Below are positions 48,356 through 58,125 of a stretch of DNA of 64,000 bases, piece after piece; position 1 is the first letter of the stretch, and every line of letters begins with the position of its first letter. The notes below the pieces were generated by a model, which had not been told where the DNA came from, did not search any database, and was given only the letters and a program-made list of their open reading frames with translations. Origin of the DNA: an uncultured bacterium (lineage in GTDB: Bacteria > UBP6 > UBA1177). Both the position numbers and the translations under genes were made by a program. The stretch is from assembly GCA_905235605.1 (NCBI GenBank), contig CAJOMF010000003.1, positions 5,173 through 69,172 of the forward strand, written 5' to 3'.

Positions 48356-50059
48356 CTATTTGGGTGAAACACCAGGTTTTTCAGGACTCGGAAGCCACTG
48401 GAAACCGTCGAGAACGACAGTTGAATCCCACGAATGGTCAGGACCGTAACCGACTTCGCCCTGTTCAAAAAGAGCCAGTCTCAAAGTGATCTCTTCGTTC
48501 GGCTCGACATTTCCGACAACTCTGAGCCAGCCTGTGCCGCCGTGACCGTCGGCGCAGCCGAACATTCCGGATTTGCCGTCTGTACCGAAACCGGTTCCGT
48601 TGAGAAGTTCATCGCCTGTGCAGGCATTCCATTTGTTAAGATTTCCCGTCATCGCATTGTTGCAGCTCGGGTTGCACGCCTTGAAAAGTCCTGCCGGAGC
48701 AAGGTCTACGCCGACCGGATTGCCGAATTCATCCTTTGCAAGGTTCTTGTCGTACGGATTTTTGTATTCCGCATTCGGATTGTTCTCGTTGTAAGCCGAA
48801 TCAAGCAGTGCGATAAAGAAGTCGTTGTAGTTATTGTCGCTGCAAACCGTGCTCGGATACTCGATCGACATGAAGAAAAGGCTGAACTCAAAAGCTCTTG
48901 CGTTTGCCGGAACTTTCAGCTTCAAAGTAAGCATGATCGGATCCTGAACAGACGGGATCTCCTTGCCTGAGCACTGGTTTGTAAGACCGTCCTGCGGATT
49001 CTGACCGCCGCATGAAGGAGCCTTCGGTATTTCGCAGTTAGGCATCATGTTGATCCAGTCTTCCGGAATTTTACTTGCCGTCTGCATATCGCCTGCCCCC
49101 AAAGTTGCTACGCTCGCATTCTGTGTCGGGCTGTTCCACTGACCTGTCGAAAGAACGGCAAGCATGCTGCCTTCGAGCGGATTCATCATCGTGCCGAAAA
49201 CATTTGTAACTGCAAAAGTCTGATAATCGTTTTCGTAGTAAGGTTTTTCGCGGCTCATCCTTTCGGTCGGATTGTACTGGCAACCCTGATTTTCACCCTG
49301 GTTGCACGCATCGGGATTGGTGTCGATCATTTCAGTTACAGGTTCACCTGCAAGCCCGATCTCGGCGGAAACAAGCTGCTCTCCGCAGATACCCATCGCC
49401 TTTGCAAGCTTGACAGCGTTGCCGTCGTAATCACCGACAGCAAGTGCAAGTCCTGAATCGCAGCTTACAACTTCGTCGATTTCGCCGTTGCAGTTGTCAT
49501 CGACATAGTTGTCTGCCATTTCGAACGCGCCGGAATTTATTCTTTCGGGCGAATCGGTCCCGCGGCAGTTCGGTTCCCAGCCTGTTTCGCAGCAGTCGCC
49601 GGTGCAGTAGTTGTAACCGTCACCGTCATAGTCAACGGCGTTTTCCGGAGTCATATCCTCTCCGTCGCAGTTTTCGTCTATGCCGTTGCTGCATATTTCA
49701 GCCTGCGGAGTGATCTGTCCTACACATTCGCTCCAGTCAGTTCCGTCTTCAACGCAGGTCGCGACACCGGCTTTGCATATACCGACACCTTCCGTTCCGC
49801 TCGGTCCTTCGTAACACGGACGGGTTTCTCCGGGAGTACATGTCACATAAAATCCGTCACTAGGTTTCTGATCGGCATCAGTAATTTCAGTGTCGCCGGT
49901 TTCTCCGCCGTCGTTACTTTCACCGTTATTGTCTCCGCCGTCATTGCTTTCACTGTCGTTTCCGTTGTTGCTTTCATCGGTATCATCTTCGTTTGAAGCA
50001 CATGCCGCGAACAGGAACATTGCCAGCAAAATCACTAATAAAACATTGATTTTCTTCAT
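48356..50059 (-). CDS. Cys-rich secreted lipoprotein with MopE-like putative metal-binding repeats
   Basis: Lipobox FAAC, an acidic N/D/E/S linker, repeated C-x-x-G…C / DYDGDGY / CNGxDDNCDGE-like motifs, then a beta-rich C-terminal domain. Confidence 0.5.
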   Translation of the reverse strand: MKKINVLLVILLAMFLFAACASNEDDTDESNNGNDSESNDGGDNNGESNDGGETGDTEITDADQKPSDGFYVTCTPGETRPCYEGPSGTEGVGICKAGVATCVEDGTDWSECVGQITPQAEICSNGIDENCDGEDMTPENAVDYDGDGYNYCTGDCCETGWEPNCRGTDSPERINSGAFEMADNYVDDNCNGEIDEVVSCDSGLALAVGDYDGNAVKLAKAMGICGEQLVSAEIGLAGEPVTEMIDTNPDACNQGENQGCQYNPTERMSREKPYYENDYQTFAVTNVFGTMMNPLEGSMLAVLSTGQWNSPTQNASVATLGAGDMQTASKIPEDWINMMPNCEIPKAPSCGGQNPQDGLTNQCSGKEIPSVQDPIMLTLKLKVPANARAFEFSLFFMSIEYPSTVCSDNNYNDFFIALLDSAYNENNPNAEYKNPYDKNLAKDEFGNPVGVDLAPAGLFKACNPSCNNAMTGNLNKWNACTGDELLNGTGFGTDGKSGMFGCADGHGGTGWLRVVGNVEPNEEITLRLALFEQGEVGYGPDHSWDSTVVLDGFQWLPSPEKPGVSPK

Positions 50060-50210
50060 TTTAACCTCCGGTAGGAATCAATCAACAAAAAACGCAGTAT
50101 TTTACAGAAAACTGAAAATAAAACAATAACCTCAGACATATTTATTTTATCTGGATTTCTGCTATAATTGCCGGTCTTTGCTTTTTGACCGTTAAACAAA
50201 GGAGATTTCT

Positions 50211-52226
50211 ATGAAAAAAATTTATTTTCTGATGTTTTTGCTTGCTATTTTTTCCGCTGCATGCGGAAGCAGCTCAAAAACAGGGACGGATGAAGATGCG
50301 GTAAACGACGAAGATGCTGCAACAGATGATGAACAACCGGATTCTGACAGTGAAGAAGCCGTCGAGCCGATATGCCTGACTCCGAAAGCAGGACCTTACG
50401 CGCTTAAATTTACCGATATTTCGGAAGAAATGGGAATTCAGAAACTCAACGCGCTCGGCACTCAGATAACTGTTGCCGACATTGACGGCGACAAATGGCC
50501 GGATGTTTACACCTCGCTTGCTTCAAAAACGCGCGAAGATCTGAATGAACCTAAAAACCTCTACAAACTTCTCAAAAACGTGGAAGGCAGAAATTTCGAA
50601 GACGTTACATTTTCAAGCGGACTTTTTACCGACAAAAAAGGGACAAACGGGACTGCTTCGACCTACGTCGTCTTTGCCGATATGAACAACGACGGTTTTC
50701 AGGATGCCTTCAATGTCGTCTATGTCGACAGCGACACTCTTTCAAACGATTCATTTCAGGAGGACTACTCCAGAGTCTACTTAAACAACGGTGACGGAAC
50801 TTTCAAATATGTCGGAGGAAATTTTGTCTATGACGATATGTTTGAAGCCATTGCCGGCGCTGCGTTCCTCGACTACGACCATGACGGCGTGATCGACCTT
50901 TTCATCGGCAGACAGTACAACAGTTACGGCAGCCTCACCTCATGCGAACCCGACACTCTGATGAAAGGTCTGGGAAACGGAAAATTTCAGGATGTAGTTG
51001 ACGGAACGAGCGGGCTTGAAACCGAGAAATTTAATGAAGACAACGCTTTGGAAGGCAAATTCAACAAACCTACCTGGGGCGTCAGTGCATGCGATGTCGA
51101 CGGAGACGGTTTTGCAGACATCCTAACTTCGAGTTACGGCAGATCCTACAACATGCTTTACAGAAACAAAGGCGACGGCACATTCGAAGACCTTTCGATA
51201 AGTTCGAATTTTGCACACGACGACAATGAAAATTACGGCGACGACCAGTTTTTTGCATGCTACTGCGAAGATGCATCCAATAAAGATACCGATTACTGCT
51301 CGATATCGACAGGCGCCGTGATCAGCTGCGACGGTGTCAACGGCTGGGATCCCGGATTTTCCGACCAGCCCTACAGACTTGGCGGAAACAGCGCAGGAAC
51401 CCTCTGCGGCGACTTTGACGGCGACGGCGACACCGACCTTTTCCAGATCGAACTTGCACACTGGCACATAGGTCAGGCGAGCGACAAATCACAGCTCATC
51501 ATGAACGACGGCTTTCCTGAAAAGCCTTTGAGACGCATTTCGGAAGAGGAAAGCGGCATTACAAGAAAACGTACAGGCTCCTGGAATGACGGTGATCTCG
51601 GCGGTTTTGCTGCAGACTTTGACAATGACGGAAGGCTTGATATTTTTATTTTAAGTTCCGATTATCCCGGCACGAAATCGATGCTTTTCCAGCAGCAGGC
51701 TGACGGCAGATTCAGTGACACTGCAAAAGAAGCAGGAGCTCAGGTTGCACGTGCCCACGGCGGCGCATTCGTCGATATCGACAGAGACGGCGACTACGAC
51801 CTTATCATCGGAACATCGTTCATGCGCTGGTCGGCAACTGATTCCGACGGTCTGAAAAAACCCGAAAAACAGTGGATAAAAGTGCTCCGCAACGACACCG
51901 GTCAGGATGCAAACAAAGTCATAATCGACATTTCAGGCTCGACTGCAAACCGTGATGCGATCGGCGCGAAGATCATCGTCAGAGCAGGAGGAAAACAGTT
52001 TGTCCGCGAAGTTCAGGGCGCTTACGGCCTCAACGGCTTCCAGAACGACCACCTTCAGATCATAGGTCTGGGCGATATCTGCGAAGTCGAAGAGATCGAG
52101 ATCCGCTGGCCCGACAAAGAAAACTCAGTCACGAAATACGATAAAGTTTTTGCAAACTATGTCCTTGAAATCAATCAGGAAACAGGACTTAAGCACCACA
52201 AAATCGAAGAATACTTCGGCAAATAA
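50211..52226 (+). CDS. FG-GAP/VCBS-repeat lipoprotein with C-terminal ASPIC/UnbV domain (CRTAC1-family-like)
   Basis: Lipobox SAAC, an acidic linker, multiple D-x-D-x-DG calcium-loop repeats and a C-terminal …NRDAIGAKIIVRAGGKQFVREVQGAYG… segment. Confidence 0.6.
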   Translation: MKKIYFLMFLLAIFSAACGSSSKTGTDEDAVNDEDAATDDEQPDSDSEEAVEPICLTPKAGPYALKFTDISEEMGIQKLNALGTQITVADIDGDKWPDVYTSLASKTREDLNEPKNLYKLLKNVEGRNFEDVTFSSGLFTDKKGTNGTASTYVVFADMNNDGFQDAFNVVYVDSDTLSNDSFQEDYSRVYLNNGDGTFKYVGGNFVYDDMFEAIAGAAFLDYDHDGVIDLFIGRQYNSYGSLTSCEPDTLMKGLGNGKFQDVVDGTSGLETEKFNEDNALEGKFNKPTWGVSACDVDGDGFADILTSSYGRSYNMLYRNKGDGTFEDLSISSNFAHDDNENYGDDQFFACYCEDASNKDTDYCSISTGAVISCDGVNGWDPGFSDQPYRLGGNSAGTLCGDFDGDGDTDLFQIELAHWHIGQASDKSQLIMNDGFPEKPLRRISEEESGITRKRTGSWNDGDLGGFAADFDNDGRLDIFILSSDYPGTKSMLFQQQADGRFSDTAKEAGAQVARAHGGAFVDIDRDGDYDLIIGTSFMRWSATDSDGLKKPEKQWIKVLRNDTGQDANKVIIDISGSTANRDAIGAKIIVRAGGKQFVREVQGAYGLNGFQNDHLQIIGLGDICEVEEIEIRWPDKENSVTKYDKVFANYVLEINQETGLKHHKIEEYFGK

Positions 52227-52232
52227 TTCCTG

Positions 52233-53114
52233 ATGGAAGAACTTCAGAACAATTCCGTATATATAGCTGCTCCGAACAAAAAAACGGCGCGTGAATATTC
52301 ACTTCTTCTAGATTCACTTTCAATCCCGAACAATGCCGTTTTCAAATGGAACTCATGGCAGATAGAAGTTGATTTCAGCGACTACGAAAAGGCGAAAGAT
52401 GAGATCAAAAACTACGAATCATCCGGCAGGATAGAAAAAATTAACAATAAATTCGCCCACATACGTTTTCAGAAAGTAGACTGGACTTTTTTCTGCACAA
52501 CTCTCATTCTCCTTGCCGCATTTCACGTTTTCATCTACGAATTTGACCACTTGGAGCTCATAAAAGCAGGCCGGTCAAGCGCTGCTGCAATAACCGAAGG
52601 CGAATTTTTCAGAGCTCTCACCGCCCTCACCCTTCACGGCGACTACAAGCACCTTTTTTCGAATATCATCTTCGGCGGGATAGTCCTATGGGCTCTTTCG
52701 ACCATGACGGGAACCGGTTTTGCGCTGCTTTTCGCCCTGTTTACAGGCTTCGCGGGAAATGTCATGAACGCCTTTTTCTACGGCAGCGCACACAATTCGA
52801 TCGGCGCATCGACCTCTGTTTTCGGCATCATCGGAGTTTTGGCAGGATTGCAGTTTTTTGACAGCTTCCGCGAGAAAAAACTAGGCCGCTGGATCCCTTT
52901 CGGCGCAGCACTGGGGCTCCTGGCAATGCTCGGAAGCAGTGAAAAAAGCGATGTATTGGCTCACCTTTTCGGCTTTGCAGCAGGACTTCCCGCCGGAACG
53001 ATTTTCGGAGCAGCCTTTTCAAAACGCGATATCCCCGGAAAAACCGTCCAAAACATATCAGCCCTTATTTTTATTTCGGTGATTTTCGCCTGCTGGATAA
53101 AAGCAGTCAGTTAA
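52233..53114 (+). CDS. Rhomboid-family intramembrane serine protease with cytoplasmic N-terminal domain
   Basis: Serine-helix motif GASTSVFGIIG and histidine-helix motif AHLFGFAAGLPAG. Six TM helices. Confidence 0.65.
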   Translation: MEELQNNSVYIAAPNKKTAREYSLLLDSLSIPNNAVFKWNSWQIEVDFSDYEKAKDEIKNYESSGRIEKINNKFAHIRFQKVDWTFFCTTLILLAAFHVFIYEFDHLELIKAGRSSAAAITEGEFFRALTALTLHGDYKHLFSNIIFGGIVLWALSTMTGTGFALLFALFTGFAGNVMNAFFYGSAHNSIGASTSVFGIIGVLAGLQFFDSFREKKLGRWIPFGAALGLLAMLGSSEKSDVLAHLFGFAAGLPAGTIFGAAFSKRDIPGKTVQNISALIFISVIFACWIKAVS

Positions 53115-53740
53115 CCGAAGATCTTTCTTTTGACTTCTCTGGTATAAGTGAAAGCGCTGATAAGACTGAAAACTATCGAAGACCAGATGAGAAAATAACC
53201 GACGCCCGACGGATCCCAGTTGATACTGACAAGGTCGAGAATGGTTTTCTGATTTATCATGAAAAACGGCAGAGCAAACATCTGGAGCATGGTTTTCGTT
53301 TTGCCCCAGATATCGGCTGCGATGACCAGATCGTGTTCCATTGCAAGTGAGCGGATCCCGAAAATGTAAAACTCGCGTGCCAGAATTATGATGACCGGCC
53401 AGGCCGAAATTTCCTGCATCGAAACAAGAAGGACCAGCGTGAGGTTGACTATGAACTTGTCTGCAAGCGGGTCAAGCAACTTGCCTGAAACCGAAACCGT
53501 GCCCGATTTCCGTGCAAGATAACCGTCAAAAAAGTCGGTGACAGTCGCTATCGTGTAGAAGATCCACGACCACAGACGCATTACCGGAGTGTTCAGCCAG
53601 ATAAAAAGAAGAACAACCGGAACAAGGATTATTCTGATCGAAGTGAGAAGGTTCGGGATCGTCAGGACATCCTGCTTGAAATTGCGCAGCTTATCCATAA
53701 TTTTACGTTTTCCGGCGCCGCCTTTATTTTTTTTCACCAT
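53111..53740 (-). CDS. pgsA: CDP-alcohol phosphatidyltransferase (PgsA-like)
   Basis: DFFDGYLAR…G(x)3LDPLADK signature. 209 aa. Confidence 0.78.
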   Translation of the reverse strand: MVKKNKGGAGKRKIMDKLRNFKQDVLTIPNLLTSIRIILVPVVLLFIWLNTPVMRLWSWIFYTIATVTDFFDGYLARKSGTVSVSGKLLDPLADKFIVNLTLVLLVSMQEISAWPVIIILAREFYIFGIRSLAMEHDLVIAADIWGKTKTMLQMFALPFFMINQKTILDLVSINWDPSGVGYFLIWSSIVFSLISAFTYTREVKRKIFG

Positions 53741-54336
53741 GGCTCTTTCCCCGTATAAGTTTTATAAAATCCGTGTATTTTCTCAACATAATTCATAGTT
53801 TCGTCGAACGGCGGGACTCCGTCGTAATAAACGACCGCAGCCGGACCTGCATTGTATCCGGCGACTGCTTTCTGAGCGTTGTTTTTGAACTTTTTCAGCA
53901 TTTTTTTCAGATATTTCGTGCCGCCCATGATGTTCTGTTCGGCATCAAAAACATTCTTCACGCCGACTTCCGTTGCCGTATCGGGCATAAGCTGCATCAG
54001 CCCCTTTGCTCCGGCGCTTGAGACTGCTTTCGGATCGAAAAGAGATTCAGCCTTTATCACGCTTTTGACGAGGAAAAAATCGACTCCGTGCTTTTGTGAT
54101 GCACGTTTTATGATCTCATCGAACTGATTTTCCTTCCCCGGATTGATTTTATAGCCCGCTTTGTGCTTCACTTCGCCTTTCGTTTTGTAAAGCGGCTTGC
54201 AGGAGCGCAGATCGGCGCACTGATTCGTGAAGGTGTAGCGGTCTGAAAGCGGATCGTAGAGATAGTATATCCTGACTGTATCCGCAAAAACCGTAAAAAA
54301 AGAAAAAAATATCAGAAAAAGCACTGTAAAACGCAT
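53734..54336 (-). CDS. Lytic transglycosylase (SLT domain) with signal peptide
   Basis: …GAKGLMQLMP… and …AGYNAGPAAV… SLT-domain motifs. Confidence 0.75.
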   Translation of the reverse strand: MRFTVLFLIFFSFFTVFADTVRIYYLYDPLSDRYTFTNQCADLRSCKPLYKTKGEVKHKAGYKINPGKENQFDEIIKRASQKHGVDFFLVKSVIKAESLFDPKAVSSAGAKGLMQLMPDTATEVGVKNVFDAEQNIMGGTKYLKKMLKKFKNNAQKAVAGYNAGPAAVVYYDGVPPFDETMNYVEKIHGFYKTYTGKEPW

Positions 54337-54339
54337 GAA

Positions 54340-56175
54340 CTATTCTTCTGCTGAGGTCTCTTCACCACTTTCTTCCGGCTTCTTCATGCCGACAGCTTCA
54401 AGAATCTCTTCTCTTTCAAGAGTTTCCTTTTCAACAAGCGCGCTCACGAGATTTTCAACACCGTCTTTATGTTCGTTGAGTATCTTTTTGGCTTCAGCAT
54501 AAGCAGTTTCGATGATTTTCTGCACCTCTTCATCGATTTTCTGCGAAGTCGCCTCGCTCACCTGAGTCCTCTTTCCGAGTTCGCGTCCTAAGAATACCTG
54601 TTCCTCTTTCTCGCCGTAGCTGATGGGTCCCAAATCATCCCCCATGCCCCACTGCATGACCATATTCCTGGCAATCTGCGTTGCACGCTCGATGTCGTTT
54701 CCGGCGCCGGTCGTTATCCTGCCGATGAAAACTTCTTCAGCGGCTCTGCCGCCCATGAGAACTTTGATCCTGTCAACAAGTTCAGCTCTGTGATAGGAAT
54801 ATTTGTCCTTTTCGGGAAGCTGCTGCGTTACGCCCAGAGCCCTTCCGCGCGGCACGATCGAAACTTTGTGAACCGGATCGGCATATTCGGAGCAGAGCCC
54901 GACAACAACGTGACCCGCCTCGTGATAAGCGGTGTCCTTTTTTTCTTCGGGAGTCTGAACCATCGTTTTGCGCGCCTTTCCCATGAAGATCTTGTCTTTT
55001 GCATCTTCGATATCGACCATCGTGACTTCCTCTTCAGACCTCGATGCCGCAATAAGTGCAGCTTCGTTGAGAAGGTTCGCGAGATCCGCGCCCGAAAGCC
55101 CCGGAGTTCCCTTCGCGATGTCGCCGAAATCGATGTCAGGAGCAGTTTTTATCTTTTCAGCATGAACTTTGAGAATGAGTTCGCGCCCTTTGATGTCTGG
55201 AAGCGGCACGTAGACCTGTCTGTCGAATCTGCCTGGACGGAGAAGCGCCGGATCGAGAACGTCAGGCCTGTTCGTAGCGGCAATTACAATGATTCCGAGA
55301 TCACTGCCGAAACCGTCCATTTCAACAAGAAGCTGGTTCAAAGTCTGTTCTCTTTCGTCGTTTCCGCCGCCCAAACCTGCGCCGCGCTGGCGACCGACCG
55401 CATCAATTTCATCAACAAAAATGATGCACGGAGCCTTCGCTTTCGCGTTTTCAAACAAATCTCTGACTCTGCTTGCACCGACACCGACGAACATTTCGAC
55501 GAAATCGGAACCGCTTATGATGAAAAACGGAACATCAGCTTCGCCTGCAACTGCCTTTGCAAGCAGGGTTTTACCTGTTCCGGGAGGCCCAACGAGAAGG
55601 ACTCCGTGCGGGATCTTCGCGCCGATCTTGGTGTAGACTGACGGTTTTTTGAGGAAATCGACAACTTCTTCAAGTTCTTCCTTCGCCTCGTCAACGCCCG
55701 CAACATCCTTGAAACGGATCTGATTCTGATCTTTCGAAATCATTCTGTGCTTGCTTTTTCCGAACGAGAAGGCCTTGTTGTTACCTCCGTTCATCTGACG
55801 CAAAAAGAATATGAAAATCGCGACGAAAATAAGCATCGGAAGCCACGAAATGAGGAGAGTCTTCCACAGCGAATCGTCCTCCGGCTTTTTGTAGGTCGCC
55901 GGAACATTGTTTTCCGCCAGAAACTCCGACATCCTCTCTCCGCTCGGCCCGATCACCGTAAATTTCGTATCCTTGCCGTCGTTGAGTATCCCTGAAAACT
56001 CGATCCCGTCGATAAAAACTTCTTTTATTTCCTGATTTTTGACCTTCTGCCTGAACTCGGTCATATTGATCTCAGCGACCGGTACAGATTCCGTCATCCT
56101 TGAAAGACTTATGGCAACAAAAGCGAGAACAGCAATAAACAGCCAAACGATCAAAGTCCTGTAGTTGAATCTCAT
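54340..56175 (-). CDS. ftsH: ATP-dependent zinc metalloprotease FtsH
   Basis: Two N-terminal TM helices, AAA+ Walker A (GPPGTGKT), SRH, and the HEAGH zinc motif. Confidence 0.95.
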   Translation of the reverse strand: MRFNYRTLIVWLFIAVLAFVAISLSRMTESVPVAEINMTEFRQKVKNQEIKEVFIDGIEFSGILNDGKDTKFTVIGPSGERMSEFLAENNVPATYKKPEDDSLWKTLLISWLPMLIFVAIFIFFLRQMNGGNNKAFSFGKSKHRMISKDQNQIRFKDVAGVDEAKEELEEVVDFLKKPSVYTKIGAKIPHGVLLVGPPGTGKTLLAKAVAGEADVPFFIISGSDFVEMFVGVGASRVRDLFENAKAKAPCIIFVDEIDAVGRQRGAGLGGGNDEREQTLNQLLVEMDGFGSDLGIIVIAATNRPDVLDPALLRPGRFDRQVYVPLPDIKGRELILKVHAEKIKTAPDIDFGDIAKGTPGLSGADLANLLNEAALIAASRSEEEVTMVDIEDAKDKIFMGKARKTMVQTPEEKKDTAYHEAGHVVVGLCSEYADPVHKVSIVPRGRALGVTQQLPEKDKYSYHRAELVDRIKVLMGGRAAEEVFIGRITTGAGNDIERATQIARNMVMQWGMGDDLGPISYGEKEEQVFLGRELGKRTQVSEATSQKIDEEVQKIIETAYAEAKKILNEHKDGVENLVSALVEKETLEREEILEAVGMKKPEESGEETSAEE

Positions 56176-56423
56176 ATATTTCTCCTAAATCAAACAGCAA
56201 AAGAACGTATTTCCGATATATAAGCACAAAAACGCAAAAGCGAAGCATTTTAGCAATATTTTTTGAAATTAAAATAAATATCGGTGAAAAAAGCGAGGGC
56301 AAGCGGCATACAGCAGGCCTGAACACGATTGTCTTTTCACCATTTTCGAAAAATTATAAAAAATAGTGATAAACCAAATCAATATAAAGTTGATTAACAA
56401 ACTATTTTCGATATTTTATATTT

Positions 56424-57452
56424 GTGAATTCTTCTTTGAGGTTAGAAATGAAAAATGAAATTGTGATCCACAGTGAACAGGATTTGCAGTCAAAAATTTA
56501 CACGATTCGCGGAGTGCAAGTTATGCTTGACTTTGACCTGGCTGAAATTTATGGTTATTCTGTAAAGGCTTTCAATCGTCAAGTAAAGAATAATATTGAC
56601 AAATTTGATGATGAATTCATGTTTCAACTTAACGAATATGAATATTCATTTTTGAGGTGCAAATTTTGCACCTCAAAAATAGAGGCTCGTGGAGGACGGC
56701 GTTATTTTCCTTACGCCTTTACCGAACAGGGAATTTACATGCTTATGACTGTTCTTCGCGGGGATTTGGCAATCAGACAGAGTAAAATACTGATCCGTCT
56801 TTTTAAGGGAATGAAAGATTTTATTATTGAGCGCGAACATTTGGTCGGATATGATGAGGTAGCCAAAATTGCTCTCCAAACAGCTCAAAATACTGAAAAT
56901 ATTTTGGAACACTCCAAAGACATTGAGAGAATAGATCAAAAATTATCAAATGTTACGACAAGGGATGAAGTCGTAAAAATTATTGAAGATTTCAGCAGTA
57001 CCGAAATAAAAAAAGATTTTCTGTTCCTAAACGGCAGGTCTGTTGAAGCGGATCTTGCATATCAGGAAATTTATTCACAAGCGAAAAAGACGATTTTCGT
57101 GATTGATAATTACATCGGCTTGAAAACGCTTGTCCTGCTGAAATCAGTATCCAAAAATGTGAAAATTACGATATTTACTGACAATTTGAAAAAAGGTCTT
57201 CATCAGAAAGAACATGACGATTTTTGCAAGGAATATCCGAATGTTAAGATTTCTTTCAAACGGACAAGCGGCATTTTTCACGACAGATACATCATCATAG
57301 ATTTCGGCACGGAAAACGAAATTATTTACCATTGCGGAGCCTCGTCAAAAGATGCGGGGAGCAGAATCTGTTCAATCACAACCATAACCGATAATGAAAT
57401 TTACAAACCGCTGATTGAAAATTTGTTGAAAAATCAAACCTTTGTTTTGTGA
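56424..57452 (+). CDS. ORF6N (KilA-N/Bro-N-like) domain protein with uncharacterised C-terminal domain; AT-rich gene
   Basis: N-terminal …IYTIRGVQVMLDFDLAEIYGYSVKAFNRQVKNNIDKFDDEFMFQL… is ORF6N-like. The C-terminus carries …FHDRYIIID-(x)11-GASSKD…, which resembles a PLD-type HxKx4D…GSxN motif. The gene is about 37% GC against about 46% in its neighbours. Confidence 0.6.
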   Translation: MNSSLRLEMKNEIVIHSEQDLQSKIYTIRGVQVMLDFDLAEIYGYSVKAFNRQVKNNIDKFDDEFMFQLNEYEYSFLRCKFCTSKIEARGGRRYFPYAFTEQGIYMLMTVLRGDLAIRQSKILIRLFKGMKDFIIEREHLVGYDEVAKIALQTAQNTENILEHSKDIERIDQKLSNVTTRDEVVKIIEDFSSTEIKKDFLFLNGRSVEADLAYQEIYSQAKKTIFVIDNYIGLKTLVLLKSVSKNVKITIFTDNLKKGLHQKEHDDFCKEYPNVKISFKRTSGIFHDRYIIIDFGTENEIIYHCGASSKDAGSRICSITTITDNEIYKPLIENLLKNQTFVL

Positions 57453-57483
57453 GACCCTCTGGGAGCGCGTGGGACTAGCTCGT

Positions 57484-57563
57484 CCCCCGTCATCTTGAGC
57501 AACACGAAAGATCTCTTGTCATGTTGAGGCTTGCCGAAACATCTCTGAGATTCTTCGCTAAAG
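57484..57563. repeat. Short dispersed structured repeat, copy B (two tandem GTCATxTTGAG…ATCTC units + AGATTCTTCGCTAAAG)
   Basis: Aligns with 34601..34649 and has the compensatory palindrome ATCTC-T-GAGAT. Sits between the convergent ORF6N and DUF805 genes. Confidence 0.6.
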
Positions 57564-57651
57564 CTCAGAATGACAATAATCAGCACGCGAGCCGCGTGCG
57601 CTCAGACATTGCCCGCGGTTGCTGAGTTGCACTACCTCACACAACGGACAC

Positions 57652-58032
57652 TTAAATATCCCATGTCCGATCCGGGAATTTCGGATCGGGACCGTATTGA
57701 TTCGTCCCGATTTCGCCGGGCTGGGCAGCCCAATACAGGAAGATCCAGCTGCCTATTCCTGGGATCAGAGAAACGAACCACCAGAGCCCTGATTTTCCGA
57801 TATCGTGAAGGCGCCGCCACCTCAGAGCCATAGACGGGCACAGAGTCGCCAGACCGTATATGCTCAACAAGATATTCTTGTGTTCTTTGCCCGGAAATCC
57901 TCCGATAGCAATAAGTATCCCGAAAACAATGAGGTTGAACAGGACAAAATACCAGTACTCGCTTCTGCGGGCGCGCCCTTTAAACTCAAAATACTTTGAA
58001 AAAACGCTTTTTACAGCCTGAAACATATTCAT
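57652..58032 (-). CDS. DUF805 (YhaH-like) inner-membrane protein
   Basis: …GRARRSEYWYFVLF… and …RRLHDIGKSG… motifs. 126 aa with 2-3 TM helices. Confidence 0.7.
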   Translation of the reverse strand: MNMFQAVKSVFSKYFEFKGRARRSEYWYFVLFNLIVFGILIAIGGFPGKEHKNILLSIYGLATLCPSMALRWRRLHDIGKSGLWWFVSLIPGIGSWIFLYWAAQPGEIGTNQYGPDPKFPDRTWDI

Positions 58033-58088
58033 GACAATACCTGAATCGTTGGTGTTATTTAAATCGGCTTATTTTCCCGAAACTTTCG

Positions 58089-58115
58089 GGGGTTCGATGT
58101 ATTTTTCGCGTTTGA
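58089..58115. repeat. 27-bp perfect direct repeat, copy 1 (GGGGTTCGATGTATTTTTCGCGTTTGA)
   Basis: Identical to 59046..59072. The copy inside the 5'-nucleotidase gene encodes its C-terminus (…KREKYIEP…). The wider ~50-nt similarity includes the TAA stop. Confidence 0.85.
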
Positions 58116-58125
58116 CACATGGCAT

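Noticed and set aside
54790-55641. 283-aa ORF antisense to ftsH, plus several 60-120-aa antisense ORFs
   Set aside because: It is a shadow ORF within a highly conserved gene, with low-complexity Arg/Ser-rich translation and no Shine-Dalgarno.
58085-58125. 19-codon mini-ORF (MPCVKREKYIEPPKVSGK) starting right after the lipoprotein stop codon
   Set aside because: It is the in-frame remnant of the duplicated nucleotidase 3' end, not an independent gene. Its ATG is fortuitously adjacent to the upstream TAA.
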